Source of the DNA: Podarcis tiliguerta
Lineage: Eukaryota
DNA: 64,000 nt
Reading direction: 5' to 3' (one strand)
NCBI GenBank assembly: GCA_965153285.1
Contig: OZ229113.1
Both the position numbers and the translations under genes were made by a program. The notes beneath the pieces are model-generated. The model was not told the origin of the DNA. It ran no database searches and saw only the letters and a program-made list of their open reading frames with translations. This document shows positions 38,107 to 50,467 of the stretch, piece by piece (the stretch's first letter is position 1; every line of letters starts with the position of its first letter).

Positions 38107-39562
38107 TTTGGCAAACATTTGAAGTGCAAGTCATTTTTGGCTCCAGGAAGTAACAAAATTATCATCCAATGCAAACAGAGTTCACAAGAAGGTAAACTAC
38201 TTACTGGCTTACACTGTGAGATGTGTTTGCCTGTTCTGTCTTATTTTCAATGAAATGGATTTGTTAACGATGCCAGTTTGGAAAGAGTTCACTTAATGTA
38301 TTGTTTCTCATTTCACTCAATTTTCCTTTGCACATTCATATTATTCATTCATGTAATTGATGGCATGGGAAATCTCTTCACTGAACATTGTTAACATTTC
38401 TTTTCTGTAAAAGAAGAATCAAGTGTGTGCTTTGCTTTTGTGACAGTAAACATGAGGCAAGTAACTATTGTCTGGTTCATTTATTTTTATCTCTCAGAAG
38501 ACCTTGAGAGTGTCCCTGTTTCTGTTTGTAAAAATGTTGCTTGTAATATTCAGAGCATTGCTCCAGTCAGGGCTGGTCCTTACATTAGGAAGAGTGAGGT
38601 CACTGTCCTAGGTGCCAGATTGTTGAGAAACAGTGATGTGTTGGAGGGAAGGGTTGTGTGCCCTCTAATTAGTCTGTTGTGCTCCAGGTGTAGCAGAGGA
38701 TTATATCCCATGACCAGTGTTGAAATAAGATTCAACTGCCAGGATGGTTGGCTTTTGCTTGTGGAATGAGATGGGCTGCCATCTTGTCTTTGCCTCAGGA
38801 GCCCTGTTTCCAGTATTACTTTTGAGTAATGTTATGCTGTATCTAATCATGTTATCAATAGTATTTGAAATATTTGTAGATGATCACATGTGGGACATGT
38901 GGATTTACTTAAACAACAGTTGGGTTTGAAGTCTGTTGATTGCAAGGATATATCATCTGATAATTATCAGCAATGTATTACTTAAGTGGAACTTCCACCT
39001 CAGGTGCCTACTGATAGAGCTGAGTTGTGTGCAACTTGCCTGCTCTCCTTAATATGCTTCATGTAGTACACAATAGTCATACAATTCTTAATGTGCGCAG
39101 CGACATGTCAACTCATATGGATTGTTAACATATAGGGATATGTGTGCGCGCGCGCACACACACACATGTGAAAGAAAGAGATAGATGAAGAAGTCAAAAG
39201 TTTTAAGAGGATAATTTAAATGTCTGTCCTAGTCTGACACCTGACACATATATTTTAGGACCCACCCTATTATCGTGATTGTAGTACATTTTGTTTTAAT
39301 ATTTTAACATTATAATTTGCCCTCATGGTGAAGGTTGCATAAGAAATCTAATAAATGACAAAAACAAAAAATAATAATTGGAAAGGCGTTTTCTGCATTC
39401 CCAAAGCAACTAATTTAAGTCCTTCAACCTGACTGATTCCAACTGGCTTTCATTAGCAAGCCTCCAGGAGGCTACCTAAATTTAAACTAAGTTTCAATTT
39501 GATGACTTCAGTAAATATCTAATTACAAACAGCTTTTTCTGACAGCAGTGGGAGTTACCATT

Positions 39563-39714
39563 GCTGTGGTCTAAACCACTGAGCCTAGGGCTTGCCGATC
39601 AGAAGGTCGGCGGTTCGAATCCCCACAACGGGGTGAGTTCCTGTTGTTTGGTCCCAGCTCCTGCCCACCTAGCCGTTCGAATGCACGTCAAAGTGCAAGT
39701 AGATAAATGGGTAC
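39563..39714 (+). mobile_element. Sauria SINE fragment (5' half), subfamily A
   Basis: GCTGTGGTCTAAACCACTGAGCC...GGTTCGAATCC...GTGCAAGTAGATAAAT. Confidence 0.92.
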
Positions 39715-41689
39715 AATAGAGATTAAAAGGTGATTTTACTACATATTTCAAGGGTTAATACCAAGGAGGTACAAGCTAAATAACAAAGGGTACAAACTAA
39801 AAAGCACTTGATATATTAATTAACTTTATCATTAGATACATTTTAATATTCAATATTTACAGTCAGTGTGATGAAAGGGGGAACAGACTAATACTAAAGG
39901 TAATGGATGACTGCCAGTTCATAGTCTTATGTGTCCTTCCAGGCTCTAAATTGTCAATATATACTCCACTGCAGTATATTCAAGCACAATGAATTGACTA
40001 TGCATTGTTTCTGGAAAAACACCTCAACCTTCTGCTTCTCTTCTTGCCATTTCTCTTGGGATAGGGAAAAACCTGTTGTAGACCTACATTAGGAACCTGG
40101 CATTTTTAAAAGTAGCTGTATATTCACACTTCTTAATTAGCCTGTTTAGTTACTGGTGCATGAAATCAGTAGTCAATGTTTAACAGACAGCACATTGGCA
40201 AATATTTTATAACCTTGTTGGTTTCTGTCATTTGTTTCTTAATTCCCCCCCCCCCCGATAGAGCTGTCAGCATTATTTTTATAATTGCTAGAGCTGTTAT
40301 AGAATATAATGTTTGACCTGTGAGGCATATATATTGCATTCGTGAAAGTTTATTCAGAAAAGAAAGCCGTAATATACTTAAAAAATGATAAAAGGTGATT
40401 GAACTATATTTAAAGGTGTGCCTATGATATAAATTAATGGGTAGTCCAACCTGCTTCATTGTTCACATCTCTCATGTCAACTAAGCAGCCAACCAAGCTA
40501 TACATTGTGAGAGAGGGTGCATGGAGACAGTCGTATGAACAGCTGATTCGATCTTGTCTTCTACTGTGACAACAGATTTCAGCAGCAACATCAGCCAAAC
40601 AACTTGGAAAACTCAACAAGGGCATTCAAGAATCCAGTTAGTAGGTCAAGCAGCCTTGTAGAGGAGACTGGTTAATACTAGTCATTGATCACAATAAAAA
40701 GGTTGCTTGAGAGGAGAATTGTTGCTGTCAAAACCCAACAACAGCCCACCTCCAAACTGCTTATCATATTAAAAAAAACTTTCAACAGTAGGCATTGACA
40801 GACACATAGAAGTCTGGATATCCCAGCCGGCATGTTAATTTTTTATATTTTCTTTTGCTTACCTACTTCAGTATATTTGATTCATTCTAAGTTTTGTTCA
40901 TATAAATATTTACTTGTTTTAAAAACAAATATTTTTCTCTACCCACTTTTGATTGGCTTACGAGGATGTGTTGTCTAATCCTCTCTGCTTGTGGCGATAG
41001 AAGACAACTAGTTCCGTTTCAGATTTATGGATGATTCACATTTTTATGGATCTCATGCTTGCTGCATATAAAATGTTAAGGGGAATTTCCAAACATGTGG
41101 AAACACGGTGTGAAACCAGCTGGGGAGCCATGATTAGCCACAGTTCTCTGGCACACATCCATTCGATTTAGTGAAATACATCTCCTCGTCAGATTTCACA
41201 TGCTATTTTTCTTCTCCAGAGTTTTTTCCTTGTTCTTCCTATCTTATCTGCAGGCAAGAGCTGCAGATATTCAATTCAAGTTCACAGAACTGAGTGGTAT
41301 GGCTGTTTCCTTGCTTTCTCTGTAAGTGAAAGGATGTAACTGCTGGGAGGGTAATTGGGCTTTGGCAGCTCCTCCCCTGTTTATTAGTTTTGTTGTTTGT
41401 AATTGGAAGTCTTTCCCTTCAAATCCCTCCTCAAAACCTCCTTTCTCTGTGATAGTTTCCACCTGTTGCACCAAGCTTCGAAGGCAGTTGCCAGAGGAGA
41501 GAGATAATTTTATTTCTTAGTAAACTTCTGTAAGTGGTTTGCATAAAATAACATTAAAAATATATAAAAACAGTCAGTATGTTTTCCTGAAAGCTAAATA
41601 AAAATAATACAAACCCCAAAAGTTAAATATGTATCACATAGAAACCTGAGCTGTATATAAAACAGAGAATTGAACATTTAAAAGTCAGA

Positions 41690-41960
41690 GTCCAGGAAAC
41701 TTGGTGTTAAAAATACATTTTTTAAGAGGTACTTAAAGGTCATAACAGTATCTGTGTTGCAAGTTATCTGAAGGATGACATTCCAGAGGGTGGGTGCTAT
41801 CATCAAGAGGGTCTGCTTCCTCATTGTCTCCAACTCCAAGTGAAAACTGCAAGTCATGGAACCATGTTCACCATGATGAACAGGTCTGTGGATCCACGCA
41901 GAGGACTGCAAGTGAAATACAGGGAAACTAACACAGATGTGGAGAGCCTCCAGTCTATAG
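41690..41960 (-). mobile_element. Decayed L2 LINE 3' coding end
   Basis: Minus-strand ORF contains APTLWNVI...MTFKYLLKNVF (cf. L2 APxLWNxLP...FKxxLKTxLF). Confidence 0.7.
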
Positions 41961-44900
41961 GCCACACTCAGCCTGCCAGGCCTCCCCATTTAGACAGTGA
42001 GGCCATTTTGGGAAGCCATGGGAAGGGAAGGGTTCTAAAGGAACTATCAGGAGCTTAAAGTGAGCTTACAAATTTGCTTTTGCTGAAGCAAGGAATGTGG
42101 GAGCTCATTGTTCAAGGAACAGGGAAGCAGTTTTCTTTTGATTTCAAAGGTTTAAGGAACAGTGCAGGGATGTTATTTGGCCCTCCAGGGGTGGGGAGAT
42201 TGAATCATTTGTTGATTATCACATAACATGTTTTAATTGCTTCAAGAGAGTCTTATTTTCAAATTGCCTTTAAAATGTTGGTATATTTTTAAATGCCATT
42301 TTCATCTAGGTGAATTGTTTAGCGTTACTATTCCAAGAGCTAATTATCTGAACCCTGCTAGATGTAAATATTTTTGTCTCTTTCTTGCTCTTGTATCTCT
42401 TTCAGTGAGTGTGTGCTTTCCTGTCACCCTTCTCTCTCATACACACACCAGTCAAAGCAGAATAATTAGCTATAGAATGATAGACTAGCATAATCATAGA
42501 AAAATTTTAACTGTCTCCACAGAAAGAGTTAAATGATTAATTACAAATATATGAGTTGTCTTTTTATTACCTTAAGGAGATACCTCTCAATGCATTTTTA
42601 CAATAAGTTTTCCTTTCTGGTTTTGATACATATAACTTTGAAAATACATTACTTTGTGATGTATGAAACATATTTTTGTTTACAATAGGTATTTAGTTGG
42701 AGAAAACTCAGCCACTCCATTCTAGGTCTGATAGGAAGATAGATTCTGGTACTCAGCTTTCAGAGTACAGCTTTACATTAACTGGGCAATGTTCTAGACA
42801 GTTGGTGTAGCTATTTATTCTGTCTTCTTGGCAATAATATAGCTCTACTATATGTAGTGTGCCATAGTGGAAGGATAGCCATATTTAACACAAGCTTGTG
42901 ATGTGGAGGGGACATCCTAGAAAAGGGGAAGGGAAACATTTCTTCCAGGGCCAGCTATGGGATAATAGGAACTCACCTTCTTGTAAACGGGCAATTCGTA
43001 CTTTCCACAGGTGACCAGGCAAGTGATTGTTTGCAAGTCTGTTCAAAGATTATTAAAATATGTACAATATGTCTGTGGTATGTCCTAAAATTTGAAAGTG
43101 GTGTTGTTTACGCTGATAGACATTATTGACTTGCCAAAAAGCAACTTTAATGTGTCTCTTTATTAGAGATAAAACATCCCACAAAAACAAAACACGAGAG
43201 AATCTTTGTCATGGGGTGTTCATGGTGTAGATTAAAGGAAAAAATTATTGCATTTGTTGACTGGACTTTACTTTATGTCAGTTTAAAATCATCTTGACAT
43301 TTATGTTTCGATTAATAGCTTATAATGTTTACAATAACAGATTAAATTACTGTCAAAAAAGTTAGAGGAAAGTTTCATTTTGCTGAACCTGAATGCTTGT
43401 AGCTATTTACAGGGGTTACAGCTGCCCAATTTAGCTTTAACAAATAGAGCACTAACCACCTTATTAGTAGCTTTTTACTTCTAGCCACTTTCTTTTTAGA
43501 AGAAAACCTGTGTCCATAAAGTCTGTCGAATTAGTTGTTTAACAATGTGTGAATTCAGGGATTGCCAAGACTGAAGACATGGTGAATGGGCTGTTAAACA
43601 ATGCAAACTGCATTATACCAGTTACTTATATAATGGTGGCTGTCATTTTAAAAAATAGATAGATATTCTTAGTAATAAATGAAATCTGTTTTCTGGATAT
43701 AAAATCTTTTAAAACCCATTACATTATACCCATTTTAACCCATGGCCATCAATTCTTCCTTCCTTCCTTTCTTCCTTTCTTCTTTGAACTAGAACACCTT
43801 GAAGTAAAAAAAAATAAAACAATGAACAGAGTTACTTGTACAGAATAGCCTTTATTTATATAGTTTGCAGACTGTATAACCTATATACAACTAGAGAGCT
43901 AAAACTATTACTCTTTTTCCAAGATTTCCTGGAGCAAGAAGCTGAGACCTAAAGATTAACAATGACAGTCACTAAGTACAGTTCAAAGATCTTAAGTGCA
44001 TGATGTAACTTCAATACCTTGGAATGGAAAATAACTTAAATATCTGTATGTGTATAGTGTCAGCTCAATTTACCCTAATACTCTGGTTTGTGTGCAGATT
44101 CATGATCTCTGTGGCCTCTGTTTAATATGCAGATACATGTGCATGCAGGCTTCCATTTGTTGAAAGCTTGGGTTTTTTCTTTCCACATGTCCCTATATAA
44201 ATGGTACTTCACAGACTAACACTGAACATAGAAATGAATGAATAATAATCTATAAACTCCCCCCTTGTTAAATTGATGATAAATGTGTAATTCACTTACT
44301 TATTTTGTATTTCGTGACTTATAAAGAAACATAACAATACGTTTTATTCCCCAAGGCAGAAAACAGCACCCCAAAATTGTTTAAAATATGACATGTATAA
44401 TTGAGCATTTGCTACCATTTAAATTATATCCCCAAATCCATTGCCTGAGGCAAGCTTCATTAGCTAACCTAAAGGAAGATCAGTCTTTGCCTTAAACTAT
44501 CTAAGTAAGTGTTACAGGTTCTGTATAGCATGTCATATTTCCAATAAAATATACTATTTTTCAGTTAATAGACAAATAAATGTGAGAAAAATATCCAGCC
44601 AGTTGTCTTGAGTATTATAATACAAGGGTTTTCAGAAGCCGTTGTAAAGTGATTGTATCTTCCTTGTGCCAAACTGTTGTGCTTTCCAAAACATTCTTGT
44701 TTCAGTTGTGATCCTATTGGCATTTATTGAGTCTAATTTTAAATTTATCAATTTCATTGTGACCTATTTATTTTGGCATCAAAAGCATATATAGTAAACA
44801 AGTCTTGTCTCCATAAGAGCACATGTGAAAGGAACAGTTCAAATTAGATTGAAATGTTTGACCAAAGATAATAGATAGCTCACAAAATGTATCAGATACC

Positions 44901-45659
44901 CTTTGGGTAAACCTAGCCCTGCTTCAGTGCTCAAAACGCAGTCTGAAGTGTGATTAATAGATTTTTTGTCCCTTTTAGAGACTATTTTTATGAATGCATT
45001 TTTCAAACTGAGACAGAACACATTATCGCCTTCTAGATCATTGTAGTAAGTGTTGAGATCTGAGAAGGCCAGCTGTAGCAGCTGTGTTTCCCCTTGAATC
45101 ACAGAACTAAATAACTTTCATCTCTGTTGCTGTCTCAGCTGCTAGTCTCAAGCTATGGCCTTCCCATAACTCACCATTTCAAAGCAATGTAAGTAACCTC
45201 TTTGGAATGCTTTTGGAAAACCACAGGAAGGTAGGGTTTTTCAAAAAGCGAATGGTGCCTATCTATTTAAAATTTTCTTTTTCCATTTTTAGTTTTTATG
45301 CACATGATGTCAATAAAGTAGGAAAAGCCCTTTTATTAATATTCCTTGTTTAATAAAGTAACATGGTGCGACAAGGGGAAGGTGACCTTGCCAACGAAAT
45401 ATGCTTAAAAAGTAATGAATTTATTGAACATATTCTTTTTCTAAAAGAACCTTACCCAGCTGTTATATTTAACTTATTTTTATTCATGAAAGCACTTATA
45501 TGCTAGCTATTACAATCCATCTGAAGGTAAAATCACAATATATAAAAACGGAACCGAAAACCCAGTAGCATGTTGGATATTCTATTTGTGGCATAACTAC
45601 CTGAACTGTTAACAGTATTCCAAGTACAGTCACACTTTACATTTGTATTACAGCAGAAT

Positions 45660-45900
45660 GATATTTACAGTTTTATTTTCAATACTTTCCCTAATGGTTC
45701 CTAACATGAAAGTCACCTTTTTCACAGCTGCCAGATACTGGGTTTACCTCTTCATCTAGTTATCCACCATGACCCCAAAATCTCTTTCCTAGTGAGTGAC
45801 TGCCAGTTTTTATCCTTTCGTGTTTAGGTGAAGTTACAGATTTTTTCTTCCAGCATGCATCATGTTACACATCCTTACACTGAACTGCATTTAACATTCC
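45660..45900 (-). mobile_element. Decayed CR1 LINE fragment
   Basis: TCCACCATGACCCCAAAATCTCTTTC (minus strand ERDFGVMVD, cf. EKDLGVLVD) and ATCCTTACACTGAACTGCAT (MQFSV, cf. MxFN). Confidence 0.7.
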
Positions 45901-46022
45901 CCCTCCCTACTCTTTGCTTCCTGTTCTTTAACTAGTTAATGATCAACGAAGTCAAAAACTTTTAAAAAGTAAAAGTACACAATATCTTCACATTGTATCC
46001 CCTTATCTATGTGCTTAATGAC

Positions 46023-46175
46023 CACTGGTGGAGGAAGAGGCGTGCGGGGGGAGCGCACCACCCTCAGTAGCGCAATCCCGGTGGGTTCCAGCGCAGCTGC
46101 CCCACCCCGCACGCTGGGCGCCCCACCCCCACAGGTGGCACATCCCGCCCCCGCCTGCTCTCTGCTCCGCCACTG
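46023..46175. mobile_element. GC-rich hAT MITE
   Basis: TIRs CACTGGTGGAG / CTCCGCCACTG, perfect 8-bp TSD TTAATGAC. Confidence 0.9.
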
Positions 46176-46269
46176 TTAATGACACCCTTGAGAACTTTAA
46201 ATATAAAAAGTTAGGATGTATGGTTGCAGAAATGAGGCTGATTCTTCCTCAGCAAGACTTATTCTTCTG

Positions 46270-46393
46270 TCAGTAGAAGAATCTCAGTTGTGAATTCAAG
46301 TCCCACATTGGACAAAAGAATTCCTGCATTGCAGGGAGTTGGACTGGATGACACTCGTGACGCCTTCCAACTATGATTCTATGATTCTCTATG
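46270..46393 (+). mobile_element. tRNA-derived SINE with CR1 tail
   Basis: B-box-like TTCAAGTCCC, TTCCTGCATTGCAGGGAGTTGGACTGGATGAC, and CR1-type (TATGATTC)n tail. Confidence 0.75.
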
Positions 46394-46456
46394 TTTGTTA
46401 GTTCTATCTTTAACAATGCTTTCTACCAGAGACATTATGCAAGAGACATTAAGCTA

Positions 46457-46656
46457 NNNNNNNNNNNNNNNNNNNNNNNNNNNNNNNNNNNNNNNNNNNN
46501 NNNNNNNNNNNNNNNNNNNNNNNNNNNNNNNNNNNNNNNNNNNNNNNNNNNNNNNNNNNNNNNNNNNNNNNNNNNNNNNNNNNNNNNNNNNNNNNNNNNN
46601 NNNNNNNNNNNNNNNNNNNNNNNNNNNNNNNNNNNNNNNNNNNNNNNNNNNNNNNN
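46457..46656. other. Sequence gap (N run)
   Basis: 200 N. Confidence 0.99.
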
Positions 46657-48009
46657 TGCCATCTGCCACCTTGGAGGACAAATAATCATGGATTAAAGGT
46701 TTAATGCATGAGACGGTTTTTTAAAAATTAATTTCTATCTTGGATTTTGCCCACTAGAGAAAGTGCCATTAAACTCTGTTGAAGGATAATTGGCTGTGTT
46801 TGTCTATACACAAACCAGGAATCCAGGTATCTTTTTCTGATATTTACCTTTTAACAGAATTTTCTGGTAGAAAAAGCAGAACAGAATTAGGATGAGGGGT
46901 GCATTTTTGCTGGGTGTGTGTGTGTTTGTGCCATTTACTGGGTTTTCAGGAACTGTGCTGTTGCTTGGCATTATGGGCCTGGCCCCTGTTAACATGTATG
47001 AGAGCTGGGTTCTGTATCTCCTTTTTCTTCAGACTAAAAATGTCAAATATAAAATTGCCCTTCTGTTTAGATACATCAGCATACATAATTTATGAAAAGA
47101 AAAACACCTGGGAATTTTAGTGTTGTAGATACTCCCTTGCTATTTGACCTGCTGGTCAAGTTTACTTTCCTTTTATTCTGTATGTACTAAAAAAAAACCC
47201 CATACACTTGTTGGTTACAGGGTTTAATTTCCTTTTAGGCATTATAGCGTTCACAGAGCGCTTTGAATCTGATCTTTGGAAGAACTATTGAGTTTATGAG
47301 TACTATAGTATCATTAAGGAAAAGGAAATTTATACAAATGATTTAAAATACAGAATAGTGAATTTTATAAATATTTTGAGGAAAATAGAAGATAGCAGCT
47401 AGAAAATGTAAGCATATACCTAATAAATAGAAACCAATCTGTTACTTAAAGAATTGTAGATAGTAGATTACTATGTATTCTGGAATTATGGCTTACCTTT
47501 AGGGATGACTGAAATGGCTCCCTCCTTTCACTGCACCACTTCCAGGCAGTGAAATAAGGAGGACATTTCAAAGAATTGTTGGCATCTTGGGGAGAATTTC
47601 AGAAGTGGGAATTAAACTTATCCCTGGTGGCAGTGACATTCCTTTGATGGCTGCCACATTGCACTGGATATACCATAATTCTAGCACATACTGGGAAAGC
47701 AATGATGGCCACTGTGGTGGACTATATTTCCCCCTGTAATGTTGGTACACTTCCTGGACAAAATGGAATGTGGGATATTCCATAGAGAGAATTTCTGGTG
47801 CTGACTGTACCAAATTTCAAGCTGAAAAATTTACTTGGTGCTATTTTCACATCTTGAACTTTAGCATCCAGATGGACCTATTATTCAGAGGAACTAGGCC
47901 TAATTCCTTCCTTTGGTAGTGAAGGAAGAAGTCAGTGACTGGAGGCTGCAGAGCATCTAAATTCACTAAATGGCCTTCTCTTTGTCCTACAGTGTTAATA
48001 TGGCTTCCA

Positions 48010-48056
48010 TGTTTTGTTTGGTTTTGTTTTGTTTTTTGTTTTGTTTTGTTTTGTTT
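48010..48056. repeat. (TTTTG)n simple repeat
   Basis: Direct reading. Confidence 0.85.
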
Positions 48057-48474
48057 CGCAAAGTAATAGAGATTTATTGGGAACATGATAGTGTATGGCC
48101 ACTACTATTATTGCCATTATTAAATATTCTACCTTGTCAAAAGTGCTGCAGAGAGGTTTCATAAAATATAATTGAAACCAAAACCAAACAATAATATTAA
48201 AGCAGGACAAATTCCATACAAATAAAACAGCAGCAACACACACACATATATATACACATATACACAAACTTACCTCGTGTGTCACCCTTCCCCCAAAAGT
48301 ACACCTGGTGATAAAATGGCAGCAGGGCTATAGTGAAGTTCACTTCAGAGGCAAATGGACACTATAAAGAAAGCGCAGCCCATGGTCCCCAACCCCTGCA
48401 GATTTAATTGGGTGTGGGGACAGTGAACACAGCTTCCCCCACAGATCTTTAAACAAGACTGGGACAATGCTACT

Positions 48475-48509
48475 TCTGGTCCCTTCCAACTCTACAGTTC
48501 TATGATTCT
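48475..48509 (+). mobile_element. CR1-type 3' tail remnant
   Basis: GGTCCCTTCCAACTCTACAGTTCTATGATTCT. Confidence 0.7.
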
Positions 48510-50123
48510 GTTGTAGGGATATCACATTTGCTCTGCAATTGGTGCCCTTTATATAAATACTCTGCCCCACCTTAAACGATGCTTTCATTGTAATGTAGGA
48601 TTTGGGTACGTGATTTGCAAAAAGTACAAAAAAAGTGCACCCCGCACCCCAAAAAAGCCTTGGAAAGGAAACATCTGGGAGGAATGTCCTAAAACAACCC
48701 ATAATTGACAGTCAATCATAATGCTAACTTACAAGTGGTGGGAGCAAATGGAAAATTGTGAGGGAGGAGGGAGAATGTAATGGAGTATCCTGAGTCTTGA
48801 ACTGAAATACGTTTTGTTGCAGACCACCATGTAGGCATAAGTAGTTACATAACATTGAACAAAAGGAATTTTTAATCAATAACCAAACACAGTATGTTAA
48901 AATGATTAAACAACTGAGACAGCAGTCCTATATTCACTTTTCATTGTACTCAGTGGGACTTGCTTCTGAGTAGATCTCTTGACGATTATGCTGTGAAGCA
49001 AGTTTGATTTAATAAATTAGATTGAGGCTTTGTGAGGTATGTTATTTCATTTTGTTGGCTTGAATAGTATCTTAAGGACTATAGCAACACATATAATATG
49101 ATTAGGCTACAGATCTACTGGATAAACTCTTAAGATAAAAGTACTTGGCTGGAAGTGTGGTTTCATCCTTAGACATTTATTACTAGGAGATGAAGTGCAA
49201 CTGAAATTGGATCTATAGCAAATTACGCTCTTTTAAAGGTCTTGTTTCTAATTGATGCCTAAGATGTTTTGCTAATATGTCAAAGCATGTTCTACAGAAT
49301 AAGACAACATAGCTTGACAATAAACTGATTTGATTTGCAGGTTTTAATTATAAAGAATGCAAAATTTTACTAGGCTAACAATTATTATGACATGTCTTCG
49401 TATAATTGTACTGAAAGGTACGAGGACCCCTCTTATCTCATTTTAATTTCCTTTGTTCTGTGAATCTTCAAATGTTTTACAGCATGTGAATCACATCAAA
49501 CCATTACCATTAAATACAAGATGTGGTTACAGCTTTATAGATTGCATTAGAAGGTCAGAAAAGTCTTGTGGTTGCACAACAGCAGCTCTCAAGTGGAATA
49601 TTCTCAATGAATCACACAGCCTCTGATTTCTGGATCTTCCAGCAGCAGAAGCAGTTGGGAGGGAGCTCTGCTGTCACTGGCAGAAACCAATGTTTTTACA
49701 CACGGCTGTGATAATATTCACTTTTATCTAATCTCAAGAGTTCCATCTGCTAAAGAACAGTCTCAATATTAGGGGGAAAGAATTGTCACAAGGAACATTG
49801 TGTAGATGAGTGAGTCTTGGAATTAACCATGTCTTGGAAGAAGGAGTGCACTGTGGAAAGCACTTCCTCTGTATGTCTCTGAAACCCTCTCAACAGGCCC
49901 CCTAAGAAACCTGTTGATTTCAATATGTTTTCTCTGGCTGTCATTACTTTTTTCCATTTAACTATGTATTTGATTAATTTATTTTTATTGTTTTGTTTTA
50001 ATAGATTTGCATTACATGGCCTTTTTAGGTAGAAGAGTGCTGACCTTTGATTGATGGATTCTTACAGATTTGATATGTTCTATTTTTTATGTTATATTGG
50101 CACTGATGAGATCAAACCACATT

Positions 50124-50157
50124 CAGCTTAAAGTGAAATGCAGCTTAAAGTGAAATT
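50124..50157. repeat. 17-bp-period tandem duplication of CAGCTTAAAGTGAAAT
   Basis: Copies at 50124 and 50141. Confidence 0.9.
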
Positions 50158-50169
50158 CATTGTATAGGA

Positions 50170-50467
50170 CATGGGTAGGCAAACTAAGGCCCAGGGGCCG
50201 GATCTGGCCCATTCGCCTTCTAAATCCAGCCCATGGACGGTCCAGAAATCAGCGTGTTTTTACATGAGTAGAATGTGCCCTTTTATTTAAAATATTTGTG
50301 GGGCCTGCCTGGTGTTTTTACATGAGTAGAATGTGTGCTTTTATTTAAAATGCATCTCTGGGTTATTTGTGGGGCATAAGAATTTGTTCAACCCCCCCAA
50401 AAAATGTAGTCCGGCCCCCCAAAAGGCCTGAGGGACAGTGGACTGTTGAAAACGTTTCTGACCCCTG
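50170..50467. mobile_element. hAT-Charlie-like non-autonomous element
   Basis: Termini CATGGGTAGGCAAACT / GTTTCTGACCCCTG, TSD GTATAGGA / ATATAGGA, internal duplication of GTGTTTTTACATGAGTAGAATGTG..CTTTTATTTAAAAT. Confidence 0.88.

Noticed and set aside
40440-40740. Coding-looking segment
   Set aside because: No sustained open frame, splice sites or recognisable motif; may be an ancient repeat.
48274-48304. Immunoglobulin/TCR J segment (WGKG motif)
   Set aside because: No recombination signal heptamer/nonamer upstream and no TxVTV-type continuation.
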